A stretch of 64,000 bases of DNA from an uncultured virus (IMG/VR IMGVR_UViG_3300035698_026924) (taxonomy: Duplodnaviria > Heunggongvirae > Uroviricota > Caudoviricetes). The notes under the pieces are model-generated. The model had not been told where the DNA came from. It ran no database searches and saw only the letters and a program-made list of their open reading frames with translations. Numbering within the stretch: position 1 is the stretch's first letter; every line of letters starts with the position of its first letter. The stretch lies in IMG/VR virus record IMGVR_UViG_3300035698_026924. One strand, written 5' to 3'. This document shows positions 37,342 to 47,508 of the stretch, piece after piece. Position numbers and translations under genes: made by a program.

Positions 37342-38286
37342 ATGCAAAAAGATGCTAAAACTCCCACATCACCAACTCTGTGCAAATGCATCCAACCATG
37401 GAAAAAGCCAGGAGTGACCGTTGAAGACATAATGTACGATCTTCAGGGGTGTGTACGTTCGTTTCACAAAAAGTACGACCCAGAAAATAGATTCTCCATT
37501 GAAGAAATTATGCAAGCAGCATACGACGGCATAGCATTGGCTATCAAAAAAGACCACGAAGCGCCTAAGATTAGCGGGAAGACTGCTACTTGCAAAGAAT
37601 GCAAAGAGGTGTTTAGAATCGGAGAATGCCCAGGAGATGAAAGAGCAGACCAAATCTATATTAATTCTCCATTTGGAAGAGCACCAAGATTTCGTAATAT
37701 ACAAATAACATGCACTCATTGTGGATCTCATCAAATCCAAAAAGTGTACAAAACAATGTTTAGCACTTTTTCTTTTTATCAAATCCGCAGAGCAATTCAA
37801 CGCTTTGTGTTTAATGAGATGGGGATCTCAAACAATATTGACATAGACACTGTCGATGTTATCACTTCAAAGAAAGAAGACACCAAATTGCCAGCAAGTA
37901 TCTCAATATTGCTCAATAGCGCAATAAATGATGCCTTTGATGGATTTACTGACAAGCAGAAAGTTATTGCTTCTTTAGGGTTTGGTGTCGGCGGTCATTG
38001 CGATTTAACAATTTCTAAAGAAATAAAATGTCGACACGCAGACTGCAATCACAAATTCGCTGGCAATATTGATTATTCAAAACCAGCGAACATGTCAGTG
38101 TGCCCAGAATGTGGCACTGAAAATGAGATCGATATGAGATTAAGCCAAGTCGATATAGCCAGTCATTTAGAAGTAACAAAGCAGCGCATTTGCGGTGTTC
38201 TTAAAAAGGTTCGTGGTCGCCTTCAAGACAGACTAGGCGACATCCCATTAGATTGGGATCATCAGAATTCTTTAGGTATGATTTAA
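37342..38286 (+). CDS. Sigma70-family RNA polymerase sigma factor with two zinc-ribbon insertions
   Basis: Region 2-like EEIMQAAYDGIALAIKKD and FSTFSFYQIRRAIQRFV; region 4-like FTDKQKVIASLGFG and LSQVDIASHLEVTKQRICGVLKK; CxxC pairs inserted. Confidence 0.8.
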   Translation: MQKDAKTPTSPTLCKCIQPWKKPGVTVEDIMYDLQGCVRSFHKKYDPENRFSIEEIMQAAYDGIALAIKKDHEAPKISGKTATCKECKEVFRIGECPGDERADQIYINSPFGRAPRFRNIQITCTHCGSHQIQKVYKTMFSTFSFYQIRRAIQRFVFNEMGISNNIDIDTVDVITSKKEDTKLPASISILLNSAINDAFDGFTDKQKVIASLGFGVGGHCDLTISKEIKCRHADCNHKFAGNIDYSKPANMSVCPECGTENEIDMRLSQVDIASHLEVTKQRICGVLKKVRGRLQDRLGDIPLDWDHQNSLGMI

Positions 38287-38894
38287 GATATACCTAAAGA
38301 ATTCTTGTAGGTAGAAATTGACCTTTTAAACTTATCAACATTTTTGATATTATCCTTGAATTTTGCGTCAAAGTATTCAACATATCCATGCCAAAATTCA
38401 GGGCCTTTTAATATTATATAATCAGTGTCAATTTTTGTAGAAACAAATTTTGAAACTTTGTTCATAACCGCTTCTTTTGTTGAATCAATGAATATCATTC
38501 TTTGCGGAATAAACAACATTTTTGGTCTATAAATACTAAAAACTTTATGATAATTCATTTTGTCATAAAGTTGTGATGGAGTATTAGCAACTAGCTCTTT
38601 TGGTATTGATTTTACTATGTCGTCATGATTTTTAGATCTCTTCTTTTCTTCTTTTTCAACTATAACCATGTAGGGATGTTTAGCTAACATGTAATCTTTT
38701 AATTCTTTTTCTTTATTTCTTCTCTTCACTTCATCGTAGATTTCTACCATTTTCTTTTTATTAGAATTACAACTTTCACCAAGTTGCAAATGATTTAGCA
38801 ATTTTTGATATAAGTCAGGAGCTATTCCACGTAAAAATACTTGGAAATTTTTATCACGCGCTAAATTGCAAAATCTATCTTTTAATATCTTCAT
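38283..38894 (-). CDS. Hypothetical basic protein
   Basis: 203-aa ORF, ATGA-coupled. Confidence 0.75.
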   Translation of the reverse strand: MKILKDRFCNLARDKNFQVFLRGIAPDLYQKLLNHLQLGESCNSNKKKMVEIYDEVKRRNKEKELKDYMLAKHPYMVIVEKEEKKRSKNHDDIVKSIPKELVANTPSQLYDKMNYHKVFSIYRPKMLFIPQRMIFIDSTKEAVMNKVSKFVSTKIDTDYIILKGPEFWHGYVEYFDAKFKDNIKNVDKFKRSISTYKNSLGIS

Positions 38895-41197
38895 AATGTT
38901 GGAACAACTATTGATGTTAAATTAGATATGTCTCCAATTGTTCTTATGACATCTCCACTTTTTATTTTGTCCATTATGATATCTGATATAATCTTATCGT
39001 ATTCGACTGTCACAATAGTATCGCCATCCTCAGGTAATCCAAAAAACGTTTCTCCATCTATGGTAGGCCAGGCCAAAGAAACTTGCTCTTTTAGTAGATT
39101 GCTATAATGTTCAATAAATGGAGTATCCTCATACTCACCGCCGCCACAGCTGCAGTCAACGCCAATACTCTTAAATACTACCAAAAATTCATCGCCGTCA
39201 ACATCAACCAATGCGCCACAGCAAGCGTTGGTACGCCATCCTCTTTCATAAAACGATGCGTGCGAAGCACGAATATAAGATTTATTTGGTATATTTATGT
39301 CTGGCAAATCAGACGGACCAAGCTCGCTACATGCTAAGGCATATGTAAATTCGGACTCGGAATTATTAGCAGTTATTACTACTAAAACTTGCGTTCCTTT
39401 AGTGCCTAAATCATCATAATTAAAATCAAGAGTTCCAGATCCAACAACTGAACCAGTAGACCCAACCAAATTTGATGGCATTTCTATAGCTGGGTGATAA
39501 ACATTCAAAGTGCTCGGCTTAGTAAACATGTCATATATGACAGTTATCATGCCTGGAATATTGTTTAAAACATGCACAAGACTCTTGCCTGGAGCTTTAC
39601 CGAATATCAAAAACGACTCATCACATTCTATCGGATTTGGTGAAACGCATGACGACTGAAAACAGGTAGACGGTTGAACACACAAAGTTATACCATTGCC
39701 GACACCAACAGCAGGAATAACTTCTCCATAAAATTCAACCACACCGCCAAAATGTCTAAATGACAAACTGTCGCCTGTATATTTCATTCTGTCTTCGTTT
39801 TTATTAAACAAGCCACGATCATTCAAAGCAACGCTAGCTCTTTCTCCTTTTTCATCAGTATAAACAACGGTAAACACACCAGTTCCACCAACTCCGTTAT
39901 AAAACATACAACAATCTATTATTGTTGCAACATAGTCAAAAGCTGGCAACATTAACTTAACAGATCTTGTTGGGCCAAGATTAGTTTTATCGATTTTTAT
40001 CTGAGCATAACAATCATCACACCCAAATTGCACTGGACTTAAGTCAATGTCACCATTTATTATCACATTTTGATTTGGTGGGCCAATTTTTTCACCAGTG
40101 AAATCGCTTGGAAGCTGTTGTGGTTCATCTCTAGGCTGCGACTTTTCAACTTGATCAGAAACAGAAAACGCATATCCGGCCTGAGCTGCTTGATATCTGC
40201 CATCAGCCCAAATATCTCTAATATTTTGGTTCACTTTTCTTGATACAGCTGCTTCTAGCGCACAACAAACAGCTTCTCTTTGCTGTGCAAATATGTTAGA
40301 TAAGTATTCAATATATCCACCAGCTATTGCTTCCTTTTCTTCCTTCATGCCTCCTGTTATTTTGTTAAATCTTTCTTCTAATTTCTCCAATATTGGTTCT
40401 AAATCAACATATACTAAATTACCAGATGGCACACAATCAGAAACTCCACAATCGAATACTCTATCAGCAAGGCCCAAAATCCAAGGACTATTTTTATTCT
40501 TCCAGTTAACAGTTTTTGGTCCAACTCCTGGATTGCCTATATTACCAATGGTGACAATTATTTTACTAGGATTAGCTTCATCATTTCTAACGTTAACCAC
40601 AGCTTTATTGGTTGGGACACTCTGGTTTAGATCCTCTATTATAGATCCTGGAAAAGGGGCATTTAATCCAGATTGTCCTTCATCGCCTACTGGCCCAGTA
40701 TCAATCCTGTCTTCTCCTGGATCACCCCTGTCACCACGCGGTCCTTGATCACCTTGTATAGAATTAAATCTTAAATTGCCTCTACTTTCAAGTTCACTAA
40801 TCAAATTGTTAATATTTATTTTAAAATCGATTCCAACTGTGTTATTATGGATAATAAAATCTTTTTCTTCCACTTTTCCATCTGGATTGTAAAGTTTTAA
40901 CTTTTCTGATATTTCTATATCATTATTAGAACTTTCTAACGTTATTTTTCCATCAGTAAAAACAGAATCACAATTTTGACCAGTTATAGTAGTGTCAAAA
41001 ACAGGTATTAATATTTCCTGAACTTTAACAAAGTCTTCTGACGACATCAAGCCAGCATCAGTAACAGTTGCTAAACCAAGATTGTCAAATCCGGATATTC
41101 TATTCCAAGAATTAGTAATTGAATCATACTGATACACCACTTCATCATTTACTTGGTATACTTCTCCATTTTCTGGATCTGGCGAAAAGCTAGTCAT
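38891..41197 (-). CDS. Putative tail fiber/virion protein with collagen-like segment
   Basis: Likely start MTSFSPDP; LAT...AGLMSSED motif, GDQGPRGDRGDPG repeat, Cys-rich C-terminal domains. Confidence 0.7.
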   Translation of the reverse strand: MTSFSPDPENGEVYQVNDEVVYQYDSITNSWNRISGFDNLGLATVTDAGLMSSEDFVKVQEILIPVFDTTITGQNCDSVFTDGKITLESSNNDIEISEKLKLYNPDGKVEEKDFIIHNNTVGIDFKININNLISELESRGNLRFNSIQGDQGPRGDRGDPGEDRIDTGPVGDEGQSGLNAPFPGSIIEDLNQSVPTNKAVVNVRNDEANPSKIIVTIGNIGNPGVGPKTVNWKNKNSPWILGLADRVFDCGVSDCVPSGNLVYVDLEPILEKLEERFNKITGGMKEEKEAIAGGYIEYLSNIFAQQREAVCCALEAAVSRKVNQNIRDIWADGRYQAAQAGYAFSVSDQVEKSQPRDEPQQLPSDFTGEKIGPPNQNVIINGDIDLSPVQFGCDDCYAQIKIDKTNLGPTRSVKLMLPAFDYVATIIDCCMFYNGVGGTGVFTVVYTDEKGERASVALNDRGLFNKNEDRMKYTGDSLSFRHFGGVVEFYGEVIPAVGVGNGITLCVQPSTCFQSSCVSPNPIECDESFLIFGKAPGKSLVHVLNNIPGMITVIYDMFTKPSTLNVYHPAIEMPSNLVGSTGSVVGSGTLDFNYDDLGTKGTQVLVVITANNSESEFTYALACSELGPSDLPDINIPNKSYIRASHASFYERGWRTNACCGALVDVDGDEFLVVFKSIGVDCSCGGGEYEDTPFIEHYSNLLKEQVSLAWPTIDGETFFGLPEDGDTIVTVEYDKIISDIIMDKIKSGDVIRTIGDISNLTSIVVPTL

Positions 41198-43107
41198 GAT
41201 AACGATCCCACGCATTTACTGCAATGCGTGACTGATAAGTCGATAGATCCATAAGATTTGTCTCCTTCAACCACTGCTTCTATCATCAGTCTGTCACCAC
41301 TGTTAATTACAGCTCCAACAGCTATTTCTGTGATTGGCCCAAGCTTATATGAACTTTCCACTTCATCTGGATCAAGTGGATTATCATTCAGAGATGATTC
41401 AGGCCATGGTATGATAACTTCCTCCACCCCATCATTTGTATTCTTAAATAATGTTATCACAAGACCTATTGTTTCTCTTCCCGCTCCAACTACGTATCCA
41501 CACGCTGGATTGTCAGAATCATAAATTGTACCACCTATATATTGTATCACATAAGCGCCAGCTTTAAGAGTAGGTCCAGTACTGCTGTCAGTTATCACCT
41601 TAGTCTGACCAGGAGATAAAGAAAATTGGCCAAGTGGTTGAGAAACAGAATCCTGACAAAAGTCTTCAACTTCTGTGAATCCACTAGCTTCAAGTATTGA
41701 CTGAGAAAATTGACATATACCAACTGAATATTGATCATATTGAGAACTTGAAAAGGCCTGAGAAGACACTAAACCAGCATTTTGCGACAGGGTTGACACA
41801 CCATAATCTTGTGTTATTTCGTTGTTAATGCCAACTGCTAAATCGCTATGGCCAGAACTGATAGACAAACCAGAAGCATTAGCAATATCTTCTAATTTAT
41901 CAGCTATGTTATCAAGAGACAAAACAATACTATCACCAGGATTGTTATAGGGGTCTTGCCTCATTTTGCGCAGTTCATTACATTGACATTGACCACAAGC
42001 ACCATTATCAATAAGACTCATGCAGTATTCAAATTTCTCGTGAAATTCTTCATCGCTCAATTTCTGAACTAATGAATCTAATGCTCTTCTAGCTTCTTCG
42101 TCTTTTTTAAATATATATTCTTTTATTTGTTCGTCATATCCTTCTGATGTTTCTATGATCGTTTCTTCGTATTTGTCGATTACTTGATTTATGTAGTCGC
42201 TAAGTCTCTTAGAAACAACTTCCGTGGCATCTGCTTCTTCACAACAGCAGCCAGACGCATTAACCTTAAATCTGACATTTTTGTCTGGATCAAAGTCAGC
42301 ACCAAAAGCAAGAACGTTGTTGTCTAAAGAAGATTCAACTGGATCTGAAGTTCCTGGAATTCTTATTATGTTATAACTAAAATTATCTTCATTGCTAAAT
42401 TCGATATCTCTTGGCAAATTAGCAGCAGTAACTTCACTGGCTGGGGTATTTTCATCTGGTACCAATGCTTCTGATTTAGTAACCGACAAGATAGATCTAT
42501 CACTATCAAGTATGACATCAACGACAGCGGCATTATAATAGGCTTCTGATACTTCTACTTCTATGCCATCAACATGAGACAAGCCGCTGGCATCTGCGCC
42601 TACAAGGCCAGTATCTCCTTTTGGGCCATCACCAGTTCCTGGTTTTCCTGGCTCTCCTTTTGGTCCTTTATACCCCACTGGTCCTTTATTTCCTGGCACT
42701 TCAACGCATACAGTGTCGAGAAATTTTTCACTAAAATTAAAATCAATAGAAGAATTTCGGTTTAGTTCTATGTTTTCTGGCCTAGAATTGCACTCTATAG
42801 ATAGGCTTTCTGAAACAAGCCTTACGTCACCACTAAGAACGCCCTTATAATTATTACTAACAGCTTTTCCATATGAATCACCAGCAATAATACCAAATCC
42901 ACCAGTTCTTTTATGTAATCCATTAATAGTAGATTTTAACTGAGGGCTTAATAATCCAACCTCATTTTGACTTGCCATCGGTATTAATGGCACAAATCCA
43001 TCAAACCTCCAACAATTTGTTTTACTTTCAAATATCCATCTACGACGCCATTTGTCCGTAAATTTCATCCCATCAAAGGGTTTGTTAGGAAATACAGTAG
43101 TAGACAT
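41194..43107 (-). CDS. Putative tail fiber/virion protein with collagen-like segment, paralog of the downstream gene
   Basis: FPNKPFDG, MAS..EVGLLS, GNKGPVGYKGPKGEPGKPG, coiled coil, Cys clusters. Confidence 0.7.
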   Translation of the reverse strand: MSTTVFPNKPFDGMKFTDKWRRRWIFESKTNCWRFDGFVPLIPMASQNEVGLLSPQLKSTINGLHKRTGGFGIIAGDSYGKAVSNNYKGVLSGDVRLVSESLSIECNSRPENIELNRNSSIDFNFSEKFLDTVCVEVPGNKGPVGYKGPKGEPGKPGTGDGPKGDTGLVGADASGLSHVDGIEVEVSEAYYNAAVVDVILDSDRSILSVTKSEALVPDENTPASEVTAANLPRDIEFSNEDNFSYNIIRIPGTSDPVESSLDNNVLAFGADFDPDKNVRFKVNASGCCCEEADATEVVSKRLSDYINQVIDKYEETIIETSEGYDEQIKEYIFKKDEEARRALDSLVQKLSDEEFHEKFEYCMSLIDNGACGQCQCNELRKMRQDPYNNPGDSIVLSLDNIADKLEDIANASGLSISSGHSDLAVGINNEITQDYGVSTLSQNAGLVSSQAFSSSQYDQYSVGICQFSQSILEASGFTEVEDFCQDSVSQPLGQFSLSPGQTKVITDSSTGPTLKAGAYVIQYIGGTIYDSDNPACGYVVGAGRETIGLVITLFKNTNDGVEEVIIPWPESSLNDNPLDPDEVESSYKLGPITEIAVGAVINSGDRLMIEAVVEGDKSYGSIDLSVTHCSKCVGSLS

Positions 43108-43177
43108 AAATTATTTATTCACCCTACTTAGTTTTGAATCTAAAATTTCATATTCATTTGTTAATGCTCTGATATAA

Positions 43178-43223
43178 TGTTCTGCTAATGCATCGTCAAC
43201 ATATTCGGTGCATTAGCAGAACA
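43178..43223. other. 15-bp inverted repeat (stem-loop) in intergenic region
   Basis: TGTTCTGCTAATGCA-16 nt-TGCATTAGCAGAACA. Confidence 0.8.
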
Positions 43224-43251
43224 CTAAAAAAACAAGAGGCAATAGTTAGTA

Positions 43252-44973
43252 CTAACCGATCCAAGCTTGACTTAGTTGGTCATATTTCTTAAACGTTGTG
43301 CCGTCAAACCATTCATCTCCTTGAATTGGAGAACGACCTATTAACGATTGTATTCTTGGCAATATGTCATCTTCATAATTAAAATTAGCATTATTGGCAG
43401 TGTTTACCCTGATAACAAAAGACAAAGTAGCAAGAGAACCGCGATACGCTATTGGATTGATATCTTTATTATCAGTGATGTCAGGATTTTCTCTGAAGTC
43501 TACTTCGTCACCCAAACCTTGATCAACTTCAGTTATAAATCTATTATCAGTAGACGGGTGTATTGGTATTTTTCTTCTAGATGTGCTGCCATACAAGGCA
43601 TCAGACTGACCAATAGTTGGTATATTAGGAGGAGTTCTATGCAATGCAAAATCATTAAGACTAGAATTAAAATATCTGCTGGGCGGATTTGCTACTATTC
43701 CTAAAAAACTATCAAAAAAGTCATTGATGGCAGTATTTGTAGCCCATTCTGTGCTTAGTATTACATAACCAGAACCAAAATTCTGATTAAACAACTGAGA
43801 ATCAGCATCTTGATTGTCTCTTAAATTATTTAGTATACCCATTTCCAAGACAGTTCCTGGACCACCAGCGCTTAAAAGACTTCTATCAAGAATTAAACTG
43901 GAAAATTCTATAAGCTCATCAGATGTGCTACCAACAATAGTATTAGTAGTACTAAAAACCATTTTTAACTGATCTGCTTTTACATCTAGACGTTCGATAC
44001 TAGTGCAATATACTGGAAAGTTTTCTTCTGAAGTTCCTTGCTTTCTTTCACCCATAGGTGCATTGATCTGAAATTGACTAAACAACAAAGATGGTATGGT
44101 TGTTTTTTGGTCAGTTGAAACAAGACTTGTCCCATTTCTCCATGGGTAATTTAATGCTTCCAAAACAGCATTCTCATCAACACCTATTGGAGGAACAACA
44201 TTGTAAGCACTCGGTATGTTTAAACCTGTTCCATGAGACATAGGAGCAAACGAAAAATCGTTGTTTACATCTGTGCCACCAGCGCCAGTATCTGTTATTT
44301 CATAATCGATTACATACCCATCACCAGTCGTCTCTTCAAAGGGAGCTAATGCAGCTAAAAATTCAGCATTTTCAACTAAGTCTAATGTTCTAAAGTTAAC
44401 AAATCCAGCAATTGACCCTTCTTGTTCTGTCGGCAATGACGGATCAAATTCAGATACAGTACACGGTTTGACTGTTCTGATTTGGTAAGTTAACGAACTG
44501 TCGATTTCATAATCAACATAAAACATGCCGATTTCAGAAGTGCTACCAATAATATTAGCAGTAAACACAAATCTCATTTTGCCAGTGAAATTGGCTTTAT
44601 CTATGTCACTTTCACCTGGATACCTCTGTATTTTGGCTAGCCTGAGGTTTTCCCAGCTATCATTAAGAGTAATATGCATATCCCATATCCAGGAAGCTGG
44701 CAAATACAGCTGGCTGGTTGAAACATCCACTTGTGCTGGTATTAAGAACGGAAAATTAGACTGATGACTAATTCTAAGACCAAGCTGGTCCAATGATTTT
44801 GCTATAATAAGCTGACGAATAACAATATCAGACATAGGACGATTATAAGTGTCAAAATAATGCGGATCCTCTGGTATCAAGAATCTGACACTCAAAGTAT
44901 CGTTATCGGTTAACGCTGGGAATACATTTCCTGGCGTTACTAATGGAATTAAATTTTCGTCAATTGTTGGCAT
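43252..44973 (-). CDS. Putative virion structural protein
   Basis: 573 aa, acidic, beta-rich, TCAAATATA upstream, in the structural block. Confidence 0.65.
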   Translation of the reverse strand: MPTIDENLIPLVTPGNVFPALTDNDTLSVRFLIPEDPHYFDTYNRPMSDIVIRQLIIAKSLDQLGLRISHQSNFPFLIPAQVDVSTSQLYLPASWIWDMHITLNDSWENLRLAKIQRYPGESDIDKANFTGKMRFVFTANIIGSTSEIGMFYVDYEIDSSLTYQIRTVKPCTVSEFDPSLPTEQEGSIAGFVNFRTLDLVENAEFLAALAPFEETTGDGYVIDYEITDTGAGGTDVNNDFSFAPMSHGTGLNIPSAYNVVPPIGVDENAVLEALNYPWRNGTSLVSTDQKTTIPSLLFSQFQINAPMGERKQGTSEENFPVYCTSIERLDVKADQLKMVFSTTNTIVGSTSDELIEFSSLILDRSLLSAGGPGTVLEMGILNNLRDNQDADSQLFNQNFGSGYVILSTEWATNTAINDFFDSFLGIVANPPSRYFNSSLNDFALHRTPPNIPTIGQSDALYGSTSRRKIPIHPSTDNRFITEVDQGLGDEVDFRENPDITDNKDINPIAYRGSLATLSFVIRVNTANNANFNYEDDILPRIQSLIGRSPIQGDEWFDGTTFKKYDQLSQAWIG

Positions 44974-45003
44974 AGTTTGTCCCAGTAGAATATATTTGAC
45001 AAA

Positions 45004-45240
45004 TTACTTGTCACGTTTTAGAGAGAATTTCTCTTTATTAATTTTGGTTTTGATGTTTTTTGCAATTGCAGACATATGTGCCGATTTTGCATCCACATGC
45101 TTCCAGACATCAGACGCTTTTTTGACATCAGCATGAATCTGATTCCAAGCCACATCTCTATCACCAACAGGAATTGCTTCCAGCAATTTCATTAAATATT
45201 CTGACCCAGAGCTAGTTAGTTTTAAGTATGTATCTTTCAT
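45004..45240 (-). CDS. Hypothetical protein
   Basis: 78 aa, ATGA-coupled. Confidence 0.65.
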   Translation of the reverse strand: MKDTYLKLTSSGSEYLMKLLEAIPVGDRDVAWNQIHADVKKASDVWKHVDAKSAHMSAIAKNIKTKINKEKFSLKRDK

Positions 45241-45638
45241 TTTCTCTTCTTCGGGTCTTTCCTAGCGCAAATGTTACCGCTATATGTTCCATATTCACAC
45301 TTAGTTACCTCCAAATATTTAGAAGGCCCTTTTGTTTCAATCAACAAATTATAAAAGTCACTTACTTCCAACAACAAATCGCTCAAAGCAATGCATAATT
45401 TTATGTTATTCTTTGTTTTTTCCATTTTTTCTTGAATGTCACCGATTAGCACTTCCGTTTTTCTTAATGCTTCGCCACTTGTTACAAAATAACGTGATGG
45501 ATCAATACCGCCAACCTCTTTAAAAGATTTTGACACATCTGGAAACAACCACGCATTTTTAATCTTAGACTCGTCTATTTTATTACCAAGCCTAGTATAC
45601 GGAGTAGAGTCGCAGTCTTTGGGAAAAACCAATATCAT
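45237..45638 (-). CDS. Hypothetical protein
   Basis: Likely start MILVFPKD overlapping the fcl stop. Confidence 0.65.
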   Translation of the reverse strand: MILVFPKDCDSTPYTRLGNKIDESKIKNAWLFPDVSKSFKEVGGIDPSRYFVTSGEALRKTEVLIGDIQEKMEKTKNNIKLCIALSDLLLEVSDFYNLLIETKGPSKYLEVTKCEYGTYSGNICARKDPKKRK

Positions 45639-46561
45639 TTTAATGCTTCCTTTCTGTACCAAGAGACAGTCTTTCGTAAACCGTCTATCAGCTTTACCTT
45701 TGAAGACCAGCCAAGAATATTCTTGGCTTTATTGACATCAAGACAACGTCTATTTTGACCATTCATTTTCATGTTCCATTTAAAATCACCTTTGTATCCC
45801 ATCACATCAGATAAAATTCCAACCAATTCCTTTATGCTAGTTTCTTTTCCAACACCAATATTTATGAATTCATTGGTGCTAACGTCAGATTGAACAGCAG
45901 TCATTATGGCATCAGCACAATCGTTAGCATACAAAAATTCTCTTGATACAGAACCGTCTCCCCATACTTCAACCGTATCATCGCCATTATCAATAGCCTT
46001 TTGTATTTTGTTAATCAATGCTGGTATGACATGCGAATTTTCTAAACCAAAGTGATCGTGTATTCCGTACATATTGACTGGTATTAAATTGACAACATTG
46101 ATGCCATGTTGACTGTTAGCTGCTTGGGCTCCAAATAATCCGTTAAGCTTTGATACTCCATATGCCCTATTAGTTTCTTCTGGCAGTCCATGACACATCA
46201 AATCATCTTCTTTAAATGGTACTGGTGCGTCAGACGCATAACTGCAAACTGTTCCTACCATTACCACTTTTTTTACACAGCAATCAATGCAAGCATCTAA
46301 AACATTAGCTGTTATTCTAGTCGTGGCGGACCATAATTTGTATGGTTCTTTTCTATTTAAATTTATTCCACCACATATAGCAGCTAAATTAACAACGCAA
46401 TCGATTTTGTTTTTTATTATCCATTTGCACAAAGAGTCATAATTGGTAGCATCAATTCCCAATGATCTACTACCACCAACAATTTTTATTTTATTTTGTT
46501 CAAAAACATCAACAACATTTTTACCAAGAAACCCAGTAGATCCCAAAATGCCAACCATCAT
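45635..46561 (-). CDS. fcl: GDP-L-fucose synthase (GDP-4-keto-6-deoxymannose epimerase/reductase)
   Basis: GSTGFLG, LAAICGGI..N, GTVCSY, YGVSK, PVNMYG..DHF...SHVIPALI, VWGDGSVSREFLY. Confidence 0.92.
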   Translation of the reverse strand: MMVGILGSTGFLGKNVVDVFEQNKIKIVGGSRSLGIDATNYDSLCKWIIKNKIDCVVNLAAICGGINLNRKEPYKLWSATTRITANVLDACIDCCVKKVVMVGTVCSYASDAPVPFKEDDLMCHGLPEETNRAYGVSKLNGLFGAQAANSQHGINVVNLIPVNMYGIHDHFGLENSHVIPALINKIQKAIDNGDDTVEVWGDGSVSREFLYANDCADAIMTAVQSDVSTNEFINIGVGKETSIKELVGILSDVMGYKGDFKWNMKMNGQNRRCLDVNKAKNILGWSSKVKLIDGLRKTVSWYRKEALK

Positions 46562-47508
46562 TGCAATCCTCCTTTTATGAACATCGCTACATCTTCTGGC
46601 TGTTTATTATTAAAAGTAACACTGTCAGCATATCCACAGCTTTTCATTTGAATCGATTCAGAAACACCAATCTCAATTATTTTAGGACACGGCTTAGCAC
46701 ATGCTGCAAGCATTGTTATTCCTGACCCAATACCAACAAAGTAGTCACATTTAGATAAAGTTGCTATAGTTCTTCTCCAAGGCATTCCCCTAGCGTCAAT
46801 AGTTCCAGGAATTATTCCTTCATTTTTCCCAGAAAAAGATATGCATTCATATCCAAAACCCCTTACAATATCAACCAGCATCTTGAATTTATCAACTCTC
46901 CACGGAACTGGATGAGAATAGCTATTGTATTCTAAACCAATACACTTCTTTTTGCCAACAAAGGAATTGGCAAAAGCAATGTCTTCCTCAGTAACAGGAG
47001 CATTCAGTTTTCCTCCACCTTTTATTGACCCCTGAGGCCTTACCTCAGCATTATGGAAATACTGATCAGATATTATTGGGTACGACCATTTATGAGAGTC
47101 CCAAATTTCTCCAAACGGGAAAATAGATGGACATAGCACTTGATCAATACCCTTAATTTGCATCATGTGCCTACCAATAGCGAGTCTTTCTTGAGCGTTA
47201 AGAGTGCCATTTATTGAAATTATTTTGTCAAAATCTTTATTATATTGATGAGCGCTATAATAATTGTTACCAACTATAAAAACTATTTTGCAGTCAGGAT
47301 AAATAGTTTTATAATGTCTAGCTATTGGAGTTACATGTAATGTATCTCCAAGATTTCTAGTTTGTTTTATTAAAATCTTATGGCCATTTTGCTTTTTTAG
47401 CCATTCAGCAGCGTCATCAATATTTTGAATAGCAGACTTCAAATTCATAGAATTGACATGCTGTTTCTGTCTTTTTTGGCCTGCATTAGTAACATTTATT
47501 CTTTTCAC
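46558..47508 (-). CDS. GT9-like (heptosyltransferase-fold) glycosyltransferase
   Basis: RNLGDTLHVTPIARHYK..YPDCKI; IDARG; FVGIGSGITMLAA. Confidence 0.75.
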   Translation of the reverse strand: MKRINVTNAGQKRQKQHVNSMNLKSAIQNIDDAAEWLKKQNGHKILIKQTRNLGDTLHVTPIARHYKTIYPDCKIVFIVGNNYYSAHQYNKDFDKIISINGTLNAQERLAIGRHMMQIKGIDQVLCPSIFPFGEIWDSHKWSYPIISDQYFHNAEVRPQGSIKGGGKLNAPVTEEDIAFANSFVGKKKCIGLEYNSYSHPVPWRVDKFKMLVDIVRGFGYECISFSGKNEGIIPGTIDARGMPWRRTIATLSKCDYFVGIGSGITMLAACAKPCPKIIEIGVSESIQMKSCGYADSVTFNNKQPEDVAMFIKGGLQ

